In this document: piece after piece, positions 31,508 through 44,724 of the stretch
How positions within the stretch are numbered: the stretch's first letter is position 1
How the letters are laid out: every line of letters begins with the position of its first letter
Virus record (IMG/VR): IMGVR_UViG_2897358383_000002
DNA from: a virus
Lineage: Duplodnaviria > Heunggongvirae > Uroviricota > Caudoviricetes
Reading direction: 5' to 3' (one strand)
DNA length: 64,000 nucleotides
The notes under the pieces: generated by a model
Databases searched by the model: none
What the model was told of the DNA's origin: nothing
What the model saw: only the letters and a program-made list of their open reading frames with translations
Translations under genes and position numbers: made by a program

Positions 31508-32551
31508 TTATCTAACGCTCGACGAGTGACTTGTGATAGCGCCGACTCCAAGCGCGTAATCAAAGAACAATCGTTGATGCATCGCCAGCCTGCCGTGCGT
31601 CTTCTCCCAATTATCGCGGTCACGCTCAATATCACGCTGGCATGACTGGCACAGAGGAATTGCGTAAATGTCATGCGCGCATAATCGACTATGACGAACG
31701 ATATAAGGCGTAATGTGAGCGCCAGCTCCCGCCGCTCCACACCCACAGCATGGACGGGAAGCAACAAAGTCCATGTACTCAGGTAATTTTAGCGATTGCA
31801 GTTTTGGTATTTTGAAATGCGCCATGCCAGGGTCGGAGTCAACATCCACAGGGCATACTTTTGCACGCATCGGCGCGGCGCGTTCTTCCATCATCTGAAC
31901 ATATGCTGTAGCGCGATCGTCATACGGGCGAATATCCGCCTCTTTCAGAGGTCCGCTATCCTGCGTTGCGGCTTTCATCTTATTTATTGATATACGGCAA
32001 ACTTCTTCAGGCATCAGGTGCATCATGTTGCGCATGAAAGCCCACCAGCACAGTTCCTGAATACTTAGAACATGGCCATCTGAAAGCCCCATTTCCTGAC
32101 GGGCGACATCCAGTATCCAGTTAACGCGATTATTATGCAGCGTTTCTTTCAGCTCATTAAAACCACGCATCCGGTAATGGTTATCGTGATGCCAGCACAA
32201 CAACACCGCGCTATTGTCTCGTTCTGCGTGGACAATATGGTTGTCACACCAGCTACGATCTGCGGCCTGGCATTGCCCCTCTTTCCTGCGCAACCACGCC
32301 ACCAGCGCGTCAATTCCACCAATACGGCGAAACAGTTCATCGCTGTTAAAAAACGGCTGCAACGCCTCATTTGTTGCCATAGTTTGCTCGGAAACAACGA
32401 GGCCGTCGTCCATGTGCTCGATTAACTCACGCGGCACCGGCTCCATAATAAATTTACGGCCAGCCTCCACCAGCTTTCTGACTTCCTGATCCACTTTGAA
32501 TGTGGCGACGCCAAGCTCTTTTTGTACAAAGGGAGTAATTACGGCTTTCAC
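31508..32551 (-). CDS. hypothetical 347-aa protein with Cys/His-rich C-terminus (PdcB-like by position)
   Basis: ORF track; CCGCG...CQSCQ cluster. Confidence 0.4.
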   Translation of the reverse strand: MKAVITPFVQKELGVATFKVDQEVRKLVEAGRKFIMEPVPRELIEHMDDGLVVSEQTMATNEALQPFFNSDELFRRIGGIDALVAWLRRKEGQCQAADRSWCDNHIVHAERDNSAVLLCWHHDNHYRMRGFNELKETLHNNRVNWILDVARQEMGLSDGHVLSIQELCWWAFMRNMMHLMPEEVCRISINKMKAATQDSGPLKEADIRPYDDRATAYVQMMEERAAPMRAKVCPVDVDSDPGMAHFKIPKLQSLKLPEYMDFVASRPCCGCGAAGAGAHITPYIVRHSRLCAHDIYAIPLCQSCQRDIERDRDNWEKTHGRLAMHQRLFFDYALGVGAITSHSSSVR

Positions 32552-32578
32552 ATCACACCTTTCATCACTGATTGGGCT

Positions 32579-32779
32579 TTATCTGCTGCCCGGCATTCTC
32601 TGTTTAAGCACAACCATTTCCTGACGGCATAACACAGCAATAGCGGTCCTAGCACCAATTTGCTTACCAACCAGGTATTGCTTTACCTCGCGGCGACTCA
32701 CGCCATCAAGAAGCATCTTTAACGCTTCACGGGACAATTTGTTGTATTTACGTGCCATTAATCTACTCCGCGGAACCAT
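32579..32779 (-). CDS. hypothetical 66-aa basic protein
   Basis: ORF track only. Confidence 0.25.
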
Positions 32780-33143
32780 ACAATCTACGTAACGTGTCGG
32801 CGACAGAAGATACAGATATCTCTCCGGTCGCAGCCCCTACGGTAAGGTCTGCCAGTTCTGGTGAATCAAATACCTGCACCCCGTTACGGCGTAGAAATAG
32901 CAGCGCACTGTTTAGCGCGGTACGCTTATTGGCATCATTGAATATATGCCCTCTCGCTGTAGCCACCAGGTAGGTGGCGGAGACTTCGAAAAGGTCGGTG
33001 ATCTCTTCGTAGGCAACTCTGGCCTGAACTCTCCCGATAATGGCCTCTGCCCTACCCGGATCTGACATTCCCGGCAGGCCGCCGTAGCGGCTTATATTCG
33101 CATCATGAAGCGCAATAAGTTCTTCCGGTGATATATGCCTCAT
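32763..33143 (-). CDS. doc: Doc toxin (Fic-fold kinase), 126 aa
   Basis: [22 protein letters not shown]...; overlaps phd stop. Confidence 0.95.
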
Positions 33144-33364
33144 TATCGGTTAACCAGTTCCTTGTTGGTGGAGTCCAGGGTGTCAAACAGGGATGCAAAT
33201 TCAGCATCCAGCGCCGCTTTTTTGTAGGCTTCGAAAGTAGCCTTGCTGACAATTACTGCTGGCTCACGGCCTCTGCGGGTGATTTCAACCTCTTCCCCGG
33301 CCTCAACATTGTTGAGCACTTCAGAAAGGTTGCCGCGCGCGGTACGGAAGTTAATGGATTGCAT
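33143..33364 (-). CDS. phd: Phd antitoxin, 73 aa
   Basis: [39 protein letters not shown]... Confidence 0.95.
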
Positions 33365-33400
33365 AAATACCTCGTGTACTCGTTATGTGTACACAATTAT
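33365..33400 (-). promoter_or_regulatory. phd-doc promoter/operator region with GTGTAC palindromic half-sites
   Basis: ctcgtgtactcgttatgtgtacaca immediately upstream of phd. Confidence 0.4.
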
Positions 33401-33540
33401 AAACTTCACAGGCATAAAGCACCAGCACTTTGCGGCTTAACAAACCTCTAGGCAGGTCATTCGTAGCCTAATGTCCGAACTGCTAAAGCATCCAAGTTGC
33501 TGTAGAATCACATCCAATTACTTAAACCTGAAATAAGTGG

Positions 33541-35099
33541 ATGAAAATGACAAGTATTCAACAACGTGCAGAGCTTCATCGCCAGATCTGGCAAATTGCT
33601 AACGATGTCAGGGGTTCAGTCGATGGATGGGATTTTAAGCAGTACGTTTTGGGCGCGCTTTTTTACCGTTTTATCAGCGAAAATTTTTCCAGCTATATTG
33701 AAGCCGGTGATGACAGTATCTGTTATGCGAAACTGGATGACAGCGTAATTACTGATGACATTAAAGACGATGCCATCAAAACCAAAGGTTACTTCATCTA
33801 CCCCAGTCAGCTTTTCTGCAACGTAGCGGCGAAAGCAAATACCAATGACAGACTGAATGCGGATTTAAACAGCATCTTCGTTGCTATCGAAAGTTCTGCT
33901 TACGGTTATCCTTCAGAAGCTGACATCAAAGGTTTGTTTGCTGATTTCGATACAACCAGTAACCGCCTGGGGAATACCGTTAAGGATAAAAATGCCCGCC
34001 TGGCTGCGGTTCTGAAAGGGGTTGAAGGGTTAAAACTTGGTGACTTCCACGAACATCAGATTGACCTGTTCGGTGACGCCTATGAGTTCCTGATTTCTAA
34101 CTATGCGGCGAATGCCGGTAAGTCAGGCGGCGAGTTCTTTACACCGCAGCACGTCTCTAAGCTGATTGCACAACTGGCTATGCACGGGCAGACCCACGTT
34201 AACAAAATCTACGACCCGGCAGCAGGCTCCGGTTCGCTGTTGTTGCAGGCTAAAAAACAGTTTGATGACCATATCATCGAAGAAGGTTTTTTTGGTCAGG
34301 AAATCAACCATACGACCTATAACCTGGCGCGTATGAACATGTTTTTGCACAACATCAACTACGACAAGTTTGATATCAAGCTGGGTAATACACTGACTGA
34401 GCCGCACTTCAGAGATGAAAAACCGTTTGATGCCATCGTTTCTAACCCGCCGTATTCGGTGAAATGGATTGGCAGCGATGACCCGACGCTGATTAACGAT
34501 GAACGTTTTGCCCCGGCTGGCGTTCTGGCCCCCAAATCCAAAGCTGACTTTGCGTTTGTATTACATGCGCTGAACTATCTTTCGGCCAAAGGTCGCGCTG
34601 CGATTGTCTGCTTCCCAGGCATTTTTTACCGTGGCGGCGCGGAGCAGAAAATCCGTCAGTATCTGGTCGATAATAACTATGTCGAAACCGTGATTTCACT
34701 GGCTCCGAACCTGTTCTTTGGCACCACCATTGCCGTAAACATTCTGGTTCTGTCTAAACATAAAACGGATACCAAAGTTCAGTTTATTGACGCCAGCGAA
34801 CTGTTCAAAAAAGAGACTAACAACAACATCCTGACCGATGCCCATATCGAAAAAATTATGCAGGTATTTGCCAGCAAGGAAGATGTTGCTCATCTGGCGA
34901 AATCTGTTGCGTTTGAGACTGTTGTCGCGAATGACTATAACCTGTCGGTGAGCAGCTATGTGGAAGCGAAAGATACTCGCGAAATTATCGATATCGCTGA
35001 GCTGAATGCTGAGCTGAAAACCACGGTCAGCAAAATCGACCAGTTGCGCAAAGATATTGATGCGATTGTGGCTGAAATTGAAGGCTGCGAGGTGCAGAA

Positions 35100-35103
<4 letters not shown>
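33541..35103 (+). CDS. hsdM: type I restriction-modification methyltransferase subunit HsdM (EcoR124 family, type IC), 520 aa
   Basis: NPPY motif ([10 protein letters not shown]), AdoMet motif [10 protein letters not shown]; N-terminus matches EcoR124 HsdM as I recall. Confidence 0.95.
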
Positions 35104-36356
<1,253 letters not shown>

Positions 36357-36477
36357 TTGACCATTGCTACAGACCGGCTCACCTTAACATCCGGTCAGTA
36401 TATAGACTATTTTTTACGCGCCGGAAGTCACTCTTAACGCCCTTCCGGCTCTTGCCAGGCGGCACAAAGGATGCGCT

Positions 36478-39400
36478 ATGACTCATCAAACACACACCAT
36501 TGCTGAATCCAATAACTTTATCGTCCTTGATAAGTACATCAAAGCTGAGCAAACAAGCGACAGCTACCAGAGCGAATCGGACCTGGAACGTGAACTGATT
36601 CAGGACCTGCGGAATCAGGGTTATGAATTTATTTCCGTAAAATCACAGTCGGCAATGCTGTCTAATGTTCGGGAACAGCTTCAGAGCCTCAATGGTGTGA
36701 TGTTTAATGACAGCGAGTGGCGGCGCTTCACGGAGCAGTATCTGGACAACCCCAGCGATGGTATTCTGGATAAAACCCGTAAAATCCATATCGACTATAT
36801 CTGCGACTTTATTTTTGACGACGGGCGACTTGAGAACATCTATTTGATAGATAAAAAGAATCTCATGCGCAATAAGGTGCAGATTATCCAGCAGTTTGAA
36901 CAGACGGGTTCTCATGCTAACCGTTATGACGTCACGATCCTGGTTAATGGTTTACCGCTGGTGCAAATCGAACTAAAAAAACGCGGGGTGGCGATTCGTG
37001 AGGCTTTCAACCAGATACATCGTTACAGTAAAGAGAGTTTTAACAGCGAAAATTCCCTGTTTAAGTATCTGCAACTGTTTGTCATTTCTAACGGCACCGA
37101 TACCCGTTATTTTGCCAACACAACAAAGCGCGATAAAAACAGTTTTGACTTCACCATGAATTGGGCGAAATCAGACAACACGCTGATTAAAGACCTCAAA
37201 GACTTTACCGCTACCTTTTTCCAGAAACATACTCTGCTGAATGTTCTGGTGAACTACAGCGTTTTTGACAGTAGTCAGACGCTACTGGTGATGCGACCGT
37301 ACCAGATTGCCGCCACCGAACGAATCTTATGGAAAATCAACAGCTCCTATAAAGCGAAAAACTGGTCTAACCCCGAAAGCGGTGGCTTTATCTGGCACAC
37401 TACCGGTTCTGGTAAAACACTGACCAGCTTTAAAGCCGCGCGTCTGGCAACAGAACTGGACTTTATTGATAAAGTCTTCTTCGTGGTCGACAGGAAAGAC
37501 CTCGATTACCAGACCATGAAGGAATATCAGCGTTTTTCGCCAGACAGCGTCAACGGCTCGGAAAATACCGCAGGCCTTAAACGAAATCTGGATAAGGACG
37601 ATAACAAAATTATCGTCACTACTATTCAGAAACTCAATAACCTGATGAAAGCAGAAAGCGACCTGTCTGTATATAATCAGCAAGTGGTGTTTATATTTGA
37701 TGAATGCCACCGCAGCCAGTTTGGAGAAGCGCAGAAAAACCTGAAGAAGAAATTCAAACGCTATTATCAGTTTGGTTTTACCGGCACACCTATTTTCCCG
37801 GAAAACGCCTTAGGCTCAGAAACGACCGCCAGCGTATTTGGTCGTGAATTGCATTCGTATGTAATTACCGATGCGATTCGTGATGAAAAAGTGCTCAAAT
37901 TCAAGGTGGACTACAACGATGTGCGGCCACAGTTTAAGTCTTTAGAGACAGAAACTGACGAGAAAAAACTAAGTGCGGCTGAAAATCAGCAGGCGTTTCT
38001 TCATCCCATGCGTATACAGGAAATTACGCAATATATTCTGAATAACTTCCGCCAGAAGACCCACCGTACTTTCCCAGGTTCCAAAGGCTTTAATGCTATG
38101 TTGGCAGTGAGCAGCGTGGATGCTGCAAAAGCCTATTACGCGGCGTTTAAACGGTTACAAGAGGAAGCCGCTAATAAATCTGCAACTTATAAACCGCTGC
38201 GTGTTGCGACAATCTTCTCCTTTGCCGCTAATGAAGAACAAAATGCCATTGGTGAAATTTCCGATGAAACTTTTGATACCAGCGCAATGGACAGCAGTGC
38301 TAAAGAGTTTCTTGACGCTGCAATTCGTGAGTATAACAGCTATTTTAAAACTAACTTCAGCACCGACGGTAACGGTTTTCAGAACTACTATCGCGATTTA
38401 GCCCAACGGGTTAAAAATCAGGATATCGATCTGTTAATTGTCGTGGGGATGTTTTTAACTGGCTTCGATGCTCCAACATTGAACACGCTATTCGTCGATA
38501 AAAACCTGCGTTTTCACGGCTTGATGCAGGCATTTTCCCGCACCAACCGTATTTATGATGCAACTAAAACCTTCGGTAATATCGTCACTTTCCGGGATCT
38601 GGAACGCTCAACTATTGATGCCATAACGCTGTTTGGTGACAAAAACACCAAAAATGTGGTTTTAGAAAAGAGTTATGCAGAGTATATGGAAGGCTTTACT
38701 GATGCTGCCACTGGTGAAGCTAAGCGCGGCTTTATGGCAGTAGTTTCAGAACTGGAACAACGGTTCCCTGACCCTGCCAGTATTGAAAGTGAAAAAGAGA
38801 AGAAAGACTTCGTTAAACTGTTTGGTGAATACCTGCGTGCCGAGAACATCCTGCAAAACTATGATGAATTTGCCACGCTGAAAGCCCTGCAACAAATCGA
38901 TCTTAGCGATCCTGTTGCGGTAGAAAAATTCAAAGAAGAACATTATGTGGATGATGAAAAGTTCGCTGAATTGCAAACGATTCGTCTCCCTGCTGAACGC
39001 AAGATTCAGGATTATCGTTCTGCCTATAACGATATTCGTGACTGGCAGCGCCGCGAGAAAGAAGCTGATAAAAAAGAAAAATCAACCACTGACTGGGATG
39101 ACGTGGTTTTTGAGGTCGATTTGCTGAAGTCTCAGGAAATAAACCTGGATTATATCCTTGGACTGATTTTCGAACACAACAGACAAAATAAAGGCAAGGG
39201 CGAAATGATCGAAGAGGTCAAACGCTTAATTCGTTCAAGCCTGGGGAACCGGGCGAAAGAGGGCCTGGTGGTCGATTTTATTCAGCAAACGAACCTGGAT
39301 GATTTACCAGACAAAGCCAGTATCATTGAGGCATTCTTTACGTTTGCTCAACGCGAACAGCAACGTGAAGCAGAAGCATTGATAAAAGAAGAAAATCTCA

Positions 39401-39594
39401 ATGAAGATGCAGCAAAACGCTATATTCGCACGTCTTTAAAACGCGAATACGCCACCGAAAATGGCACAGAATTAAACGAAACATTACCAAAACTTAGTCC
39501 GTTGAATCCGCAATATAAAACGAAAAAACAGGCAGTTTTCCAGAAAATCGTCTCGTTTATTGAGAAGTTTAAAGGCGTAGGCGGAAAAATATAG
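36478..39594 (+). CDS. hsdR: type I restriction endonuclease/translocase subunit HsdR (type IC), 1038 aa
   Basis: Walker [13 protein letters not shown]-box DECHRSQ; N-terminus [20 protein letters not shown]... Confidence 0.95.
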   Translation: MTHQTHTIAESNNFIVLDKYIKAEQTSDSYQSESDLERELIQDLRNQGYEFISVKSQSAMLSNVREQLQSLNGVMFNDSEWRRFTEQYLDNPSDGILDKTRKIHIDYICDFIFDDGRLENIYLIDKKNLMRNKVQIIQQFEQTGSHANRYDVTILVNGLPLVQIELKKRGVAIREAFNQIHRYSKESFNSENSLFKYLQLFVISNGTDTRYFANTTKRDKNSFDFTMNWAKSDNTLIKDLKDFTATFFQKHTLLNVLVNYSVFDSSQTLLVMRPYQIAATERILWKINSSYKAKNWSNPESGGFIWHTTGSGKTLTSFKAARLATELDFIDKVFFVVDRKDLDYQTMKEYQRFSPDSVNGSENTAGLKRNLDKDDNKIIVTTIQKLNNLMKAESDLSVYNQQVVFIFDECHRSQFGEAQKNLKKKFKRYYQFGFTGTPIFPENALGSETTASVFGRELHSYVITDAIRDEKVLKFKVDYNDVRPQFKSLETETDEKKLSAAENQQAFLHPMRIQEITQYILNNFRQKTHRTFPGSKGFNAMLAVSSVDAAKAYYAAFKRLQEEAANKSATYKPLRVATIFSFAANEEQNAIGEISDETFDTSAMDSSAKEFLDAAIREYNSYFKTNFSTDGNGFQNYYRDLAQRVKNQDIDLLIVVGMFLTGFDAPTLNTLFVDKNLRFHGLMQAFSRTNRIYDATKTFGNIVTFRDLERSTIDAITLFGDKNTKNVVLEKSYAEYMEGFTDAATGEAKRGFMAVVSELEQRFPDPASIESEKEKKDFVKLFGEYLRAENILQNYDEFATLKALQQIDLSDPVAVEKFKEEHYVDDEKFAELQTIRLPAERKIQDYRSAYNDIRDWQRREKEADKKEKSTTDWDDVVFEVDLLKSQEINLDYILGLIFEHNRQNKGKGEMIEEVKRLIRSSLGNRAKEGLVVDFIQQTNLDDLPDKASIIEAFFTFAQREQQREAEALIKEENLNEDAAKRYIRTSLKREYATENGTELNETLPKLSPLNPQYKTKKQAVFQKIVSFIEKFKGVGGKI

Positions 39595-39673
39595 CCCAAT
39601 TCGTATTTTTCTTGCGGGTTCTTAATTAAACCCGCAAGAGACCGTGGGGTTCCAAATGGCTAATATACTCCCC

Positions 39674-39760
39674 TTACCCATGAGCGACGATGCCGCCAAA
39701 AGTGATAGAGAACAGCCAGAAATAGATCGCGGTCATAATGATTTTGAATGCCGTGTTCAT
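39674..39760 (-). CDS. candidate 28-aa hydrophobic peptide (MNTAFKIIMTAIYFWLFSITFGGIVAHG)
   Basis: AGGAG 8 nt upstream of ATG; C1 operator about 85 bp upstream; below ORF-track size cutoff. Confidence 0.3.
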   Translation of the reverse strand: MNTAFKIIMTAIYFWLFSITFGGIVAHG

Positions 39761-39788
39761 ATCTTCAGCTCCTGTGATTGATTGGATA

Positions 39789-39816
39789 CATGCCGCGCCC
39801 TTGCGGCATGTTTTTA
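39789..39816 (+). terminator. rho-independent terminator catgccgc-gccctt-gcggcatg + TTTTT
   Basis: 8-bp stem and T-run on plus strand about 195 bp after hsdR. Confidence 0.65.
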
Positions 39817-39843
39817 TTTTCACTTTCTCTGTTTTAAAAATCA

Positions 39844-39860
39844 ATATTTATTAGAGCAAT
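39844..39860 (-). promoter_or_regulatory. C1 operator (16/17)
   Basis: attgctctaataaatat on minus strand. Confidence 0.6.
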
Positions 39861-40366
39861 TATTGTTGATGGAGAAGCGCGTTTTCATACTCCCTGACCA
39901 TTAACGTAAGCACGCCGTGCCTCCTGAAAACACGCGCCACTTCAATCTTATCTTCCAGCGCGAACGCGATTTTACTTAGACCAATTTTCTTAAGGAGATC
40001 AATCTTTGCTTGGCCGTCATTTCTGTCATCGGTGGCAGGACGCATAGATAGCAAAGGCTCAGCCCCGTTTGTTACGTACTTCCGCAGCCAGGCTCGTGTT
40101 TTATCCCTTGCGATCTCACAGCGCCCGGTTACAAACCAGACCGTGTAAACGTTAAATAACTGGCGCACAATATCAATAACTGGAGTTATGGGAGTATCAG
40201 TGTCACAGGCGAGATTAAACTCGTTCCAGTCCTTTGTTAATGCACCTTTACCTGGTGGCGGAAGCAAATGCAGTCTGTCTTCAGTTGCCTCTGATATTGT
40301 TCCATCAATATCAACTATGACGATATACGGACGTTCCTGGTGTGCGTGTTTATTGAAAATACTCAA
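39860..40366 (-). CDS. HAD-superfamily phosphatase-like protein (polynucleotide 3'-phosphatase / nucleotidase type), 168 aa
   Basis: motif I DIDGT (VIVDIDGTISE); size typical of small HAD phosphatases. Confidence 0.55.
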   Translation of the reverse strand: MSIFNKHAHQERPYIVIVDIDGTISEATEDRLHLLPPPGKGALTKDWNEFNLACDTDTPITPVIDIVRQLFNVYTVWFVTGRCEIARDKTRAWLRKYVTNGAEPLLSMRPATDDRNDGQAKIDLLKKIGLSKIAFALEDKIEVARVFRRHGVLTLMVREYENALLHQQ

Positions 40367-40438
40367 ATGCCCTCCTCATTGGACGAAAAAAATGCTGGTG
40401 GGCGCACTCCACCAGCATTAAAAGTGACACTGTAACTG

Positions 40439-41701
40439 TCAGCGAACATAAATAGTGCCGCCGTTCTCTTTTTCCCATGCATCGCTACGTGCATAGCAAA
40501 CATCGAGAAGTCTTCTTGCCGCTGTTTCCTCTAAACCCAATTCGACAACCAACTGCTCATGACGGCGGGTAACCACATCAAACAGGGTATGCAGCCCTTT
40601 AGCTGCCAGATCATCAATAAATTCCGGTTCGAACGGCAGCTCTGCCTCTGCCAACATAACCTCTTGCGCCCACTCAACTCGACGGACCAGTTCCGGGCGG
40701 CGGCTTTCCATCTCTTTACAGATCAATTCATGGAAGAACTCTACCCAACCTTCCGGCTGGAACTCGCGGAAAATGGCCAACGGCTGGAAGTTTGGCATCA
40801 ACCATTCGTTGATCCGGATATCAATGGCATAGCCCATGTCGCAGCAGAACTGATAAGCAAAGTCCAGCTTAGAAACGATATAAGGACGCTCGTTATTGAA
40901 CTCTTTAGGCGATGAGATCCCATAAGCCAGGAGGCGCGGGAAGAAGGAGATTTGCCCTAACGTCGGATGAAGTTTGCTTGCAGGGAAACGGCGCTCAGTA
41001 ATGCCATACATTTCCTTCTTGAGCGTCGCAAATTTGGCATTCTCATTAACCAGCGCGGTAACCTCTGCTTTTTTATTAGCAAATGCCACGCGCGCTTCGC
41101 TTGCATCTTTAATAGTTTTTTTGAGCTGTTGGTTAAGGTCGGCGACCTGCTTACGCAGTTCCTGTCGCTCGCTTTTAGCTTTGTTATAGCGTTTCTCAAG
41201 GTTAAAAGGATCAAGTTTCATGATCTCTTTATATTGAGATTTTAGCGTTGAAATCTGTGAGTTCCGCAGTTCAACCATCGCGGTCATTTCATTGAGTTTT
41301 GTTTCCAGCTCAATGCTTATACGTTCGGCATTATCAGCACGCTGGTTGGCGTCATGCGTCGCATCGTCGATCGCGTCCTGTTGCTGGCGTTTCAAATGTT
41401 CAATTTGCAGCTGAAGCTCTTCAATTTCTTTACCCTTCAGACCGAGATCCAACTGCATATTTTCAGCTGCATCTACCAGGGAGTTATGGCTATCAGCTTC
41501 TGCGTTATAAACATCAATAAGCTGTGCGTGAAGCATCTCCGCTGACTGAACCGCATTATCAAAAAAACGTGCTGTGAGGTCATCACAACTAACGCGGCGT
41601 TGCGCGGCCCGGATGTTCTGGATAATGGCCGGGATACCGGCATTCAGGACATCAGGGATAGATACATTTTCGATTGATTGGTTTTGTGCTGAAGTGCTCA
41701 T
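40439..41701 (-). CDS. hypothetical 420-aa protein with N-terminal coiled-coil
   Basis: ORF track; heptad-rich region. Confidence 0.5.
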   Translation of the reverse strand: MSTSAQNQSIENVSIPDVLNAGIPAIIQNIRAAQRRVSCDDLTARFFDNAVQSAEMLHAQLIDVYNAEADSHNSLVDAAENMQLDLGLKGKEIEELQLQIEHLKRQQQDAIDDATHDANQRADNAERISIELETKLNEMTAMVELRNSQISTLKSQYKEIMKLDPFNLEKRYNKAKSERQELRKQVADLNQQLKKTIKDASEARVAFANKKAEVTALVNENAKFATLKKEMYGITERRFPASKLHPTLGQISFFPRLLAYGISSPKEFNNERPYIVSKLDFAYQFCCDMGYAIDIRINEWLMPNFQPLAIFREFQPEGWVEFFHELICKEMESRRPELVRRVEWAQEVMLAEAELPFEPEFIDDLAAKGLHTLFDVVTRRHEQLVVELGLEETAARRLLDVCYARSDAWEKENGGTIYVR

Positions 41702-41702
41702 T

Positions 41703-41921
41703 TCAAAGTTCCGTATTAGCTTGTGCTTCGGTCATTTTTCCTAAGTATGAAGGTGGAAGGACTACGCAATTTGTATCCAGTCCCTCACCTATGGCAGCCT
41801 GTAAAATTCTGGCTAAGGTGAGTCTCTTGTTGCGATACCTGGTGATGACATGCCTGATACCGCCGGTCGGCGTAACAAAGGCGATCAGCCAGTAGTGATA
41901 TTTCCGTCGGAATGGCCACAT
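41703..41921 (-). CDS. hypothetical 72-aa protein, first gene after operator pair
   Basis: ORF track; stop 2 nt before the next start. Confidence 0.3.
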   Translation of the reverse strand: MWPFRRKYHYWLIAFVTPTGGIRHVITRYRNKRLTLARILQAAIGEGLDTNCVVLPPSYLGKMTEAQANTEL

Positions 41922-41935
41922 AGTGCACCTTGTAG

Positions 41936-42001
41936 ATTGCTCTAATAAAAAACGTGATGAGTGTACATCACGTTTTAAAAATATGGAATTATTAGAGCAA
42001 T
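41936..42001. promoter_or_regulatory. pair of C1 operator-like sites (forward 41936..41952, reverse 41985..42001) flanking a 20-bp palindrome
   Basis: attgctctaataaaaaa and revcomp attgctctaataatt; palindrome cgtgatgagtgtacatcacg between. Confidence 0.55.
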
Positions 42002-42002
42002 A

Positions 42003-42704
42003 TTATTCTGATTCTCGCTCAAAAAATGAGCTGATAAGGGGAAGCCAATCCTCTGACACTTCGCGAGGTCGCGGTTTGCCGTGGAAAAAGATTATTCGGC
42101 AGTCTTTTGGTAATGCCCCATTCCCCCTGGAGTAACGCGCGCTCGCATATTTTGAACCAGGTTCCACAACATCGGCCTTGTAACTTACAAACCATCCTGG
42201 ATACAGATCCTGAAATGCTGGTGTATCATCGCCCATAACCTTTCGTAAGAACCCCTGGTCACCCCAGCACTCAGTAGTGACACAACGAGAAATCCAACCT
42301 TCCGGATCTTGCCAGAATGAACTCCAGATATGCGCTTTAACACTATTTGGTATCCACAGGGCACCGCTGCCACGATATTGTGGATGGTAAAAATCCCTAA
42401 GCATGGTGAAGCTGGTTGGTGGATGCTCTAGGATTGGGCGTATATCACCGGCAATAACCGTGTCCAAATCCAGATAGAACAGATCATCGGTTATATCCGG
42501 TCGGAACAACTCTATTTTCGCCCACCAGCCACGGTACTTTTGCCACTGGTTGATCAATGGGACAACTTTGACGCCAGGTACATGTAAACGCTTCAGGTCT
42601 GTCAGGCAAATAATTTCATAGCCTTTTGGCAGTTGATTAACCAGCCACTGCACATCGGAAGCGTTATAGTCACCACCAGAGCGAAAAACTAAAGCAATCT
42701 TCAT
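42003..42704 (-). CDS. hypothetical 233-aa protein with DXD-like motif (YLDLDTV), possible GT-A-type glycosyltransferase
   Basis: motif only. Confidence 0.4.
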   Translation of the reverse strand: MKIALVFRSGGDYNASDVQWLVNQLPKGYEIICLTDLKRLHVPGVKVVPLINQWQKYRGWWAKIELFRPDITDDLFYLDLDTVIAGDIRPILEHPPTSFTMLRDFYHPQYRGSGALWIPNSVKAHIWSSFWQDPEGWISRCVTTECWGDQGFLRKVMGDDTPAFQDLYPGWFVSYKADVVEPGSKYASARYSRGNGALPKDCRIIFFHGKPRPREVSEDWLPLISSFFERESE

Positions 42705-43393
42705 GCTGCACCATCACCTTTCACTTTCATCAATGTCAGGTTTCCGCAAAATACGGCACCAGTGTCGATATACTGCTGATTCCAGAATGTCTTCGGGCTT
42801 TTCACCGGAGTGTGACCAAAGATAAAACGATCTGCGCCCGAAATTTCGCCACCAATATCATCCATCGAATCACTGATACGCTCGCGCGCCCAGACAACGT
42901 TGAAAAGCGGCACCTCCTTACCGAATTGGTATTCATTATCCGGATAGTCGGCATGGGCTATAACGATAGTTTCTTGCCCGGTGTTCAACTCAATGATATA
43001 GGGCAGACGCTTTACCAGCTCCACCAGCGCCCAGGCTAATATTTCCTGATCAGTGTCCAGCATGAAGAACCATTGTCCGCCATTCATTAGCCAGTTATTC
43101 ACGTTGCCATCTGGACTTAACGCATCAATCATCAGCCGCTCATGGTTCCCCATCACTGCCCTGAACCAGGGCATCTGCAATAGTTCCAGACATTCGACAT
43201 TTTCAGTACCGCGATCAATAAGGTCGCCGACCGATATCAGTAAATCCTGCGCCGGGTCAAAATCCACACGATGGAGTTCGGACATCAGTCTGGTGTAGCA
43301 ACCATGCAGATCACCAACAACCCAGACATTCCTGTATTTGGTACCGTCGATACGGTGATAAATTGTGGGTGCCATCATGTATTCTTCAGCCAT
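42701..43393 (-). CDS. ppp: Ser/Thr protein phosphatase (calcineurin/lambda-PPase-like; P1 Ppp-like), 230 aa
   Basis: motifs GDLHG, GDLIDRG, GNHE. Confidence 0.85.
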   Translation of the reverse strand: MAEEYMMAPTIYHRIDGTKYRNVWVVGDLHGCYTRLMSELHRVDFDPAQDLLISVGDLIDRGTENVECLELLQMPWFRAVMGNHERLMIDALSPDGNVNNWLMNGGQWFFMLDTDQEILAWALVELVKRLPYIIELNTGQETIVIAHADYPDNEYQFGKEVPLFNVVWARERISDSMDDIGGEISGADRFIFGHTPVKSPKTFWNQQYIDTGAVFCGNLTLMKVKGDGAA

Positions 43394-44001
43394 TCTTTAA
43401 GAGTCATCTGCGGAATACCTCCCATTTTCCCGCATGAAACAACGTCAATCTGTTCACGCGCAGACTGGAATAACAAAGGCAGGTGACTTAGATTTTTTGG
43501 CGTGCCGCCGGAGTGAACGCGTGGTTCTTGTGTAGCGTCAACGCCCACCAGGGCGACATGTTTGAATCCGATATGGAAAGCCAGGTTCAGAGCGCCATAT
43601 GCACTATTGCCGCTGGCAATTTCATTCTCATCTTCGCAAAGTCCGAAATGTGCGGACCAGCGCCACGCCCACCACTCGGGAGAATTCATATTTTTTGGCT
43701 CCATGCCACGTTCAGCCACACGACGGAAGCACAGAACGCCGTCTCTGACTTCACGTTCTTTAACATCGGGTAGTGCCATGCAATAACAAACACCACGGCG
43801 ACGGCGGCCACGACCAACGCGCCGCATATTGTCTGCCGATGGATCAAGTGTGAAAAAATAAGAAGCGCGGTTCAGCCAGTCGATGGCCCCATTGACCGCT
43901 ATAATCGGCACTCCGCGCGGCGCAACAAAGTTTGCGGCGCTTGGGCCACTGCCGACGATAATAACGCGATCACTGCCTCTAAATTTATTCTTGGGAAACA
44001 T
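43375..44001 (-). CDS. hypothetical 208-aa Rossmann-like protein (VIIVGSGPS...IAVNGA), paralogue of next gene
   Basis: shared N-terminal motif with 43899..44561 product. Confidence 0.45.
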   Translation of the reverse strand: MFPKNKFRGSDRVIIVGSGPSAANFVAPRGVPIIAVNGAIDWLNRASYFFTLDPSADNMRRVGRGRRRRGVCYCMALPDVKEREVRDGVLCFRRVAERGMEPKNMNSPEWWAWRWSAHFGLCEDENEIASGNSAYGALNLAFHIGFKHVALVGVDATQEPRVHSGGTPKNLSHLPLLFQSAREQIDVVSCGKMGGIPQMTLKEWLKNT

Positions 44002-44561
44002 TGAATTGCACTGCTCCTACTTGCATTCAAAATATGTAAATCTGCGTGTTTTTTGCGGGTATCCAGGAACTGCTGTTGCCATTTTGAAATAGACACCTGC
44101 GTTGGATTCCGTAGTGCTTGAGGGTGCGCGCCATGCCAATGAAGGCCGTTTTGCAGAGAACAGTCATAGCCGACTAATACCACTACTTCAGCCCCTGATT
44201 CAGCAGCCAGACTGATAGCCTGCGCGCCGCTATTTACCCCTTCCGCCGGTCCACAATATCGCCTGTACTCCAACGAAAATGATTTCGCCGCCGCCAGGTT
44301 GGCTGTCACTTTGCGGAATCTCCCTCCCGGTATGGTGGATCCGTATTGCTTCCACCATGACAAATCACCGGCGTATAAGGCATAAATGTCATCGAACATC
44401 TGCCAGGAATTGTTAACCGCGATGATTGAACAGCCAGTTTTTTCTATAGCAGCACAGTCCTCACGAGTGAGTGACGGACCGCTACCGACACAAAAAACAG
44501 TCCTAGTCGCCCTGGGTGGTATGTTCATTCTCAGCTGCAAATTCAGCCTCCAGGCGAGCAT
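43899..44561 (-). CDS. hypothetical 220-aa Rossmann-like protein (VFCVGSGPS...IAVNNS), paralogue of previous gene
   Basis: ORF track; paralogy. Confidence 0.45.
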   Translation of the reverse strand: MLAWRLNLQLRMNIPPRATRTVFCVGSGPSLTREDCAAIEKTGCSIIAVNNSWQMFDDIYALYAGDLSWWKQYGSTIPGGRFRKVTANLAAAKSFSLEYRRYCGPAEGVNSGAQAISLAAESGAEVVVLVGYDCSLQNGLHWHGAHPQALRNPTQVSISKWQQQFLDTRKKHADLHILNASRSSAIQCFPRINLEAVIALLSSAVAQAPQTLLRRAECRL

Positions 44562-44724
44562 TCATTTCAGCGATTACCGGGTCCACTACAGCATCTGCTT
44601 CCTGTTCATTACGCGGCATGATCGATGCCAGCGATTCATAATTAGCCTTGGATGACACGATTATTCTCCCGATGTTAATGTGCGCTGTATCAAAGAACAC
44701 ATATGCACTAATTAATTTATTATT

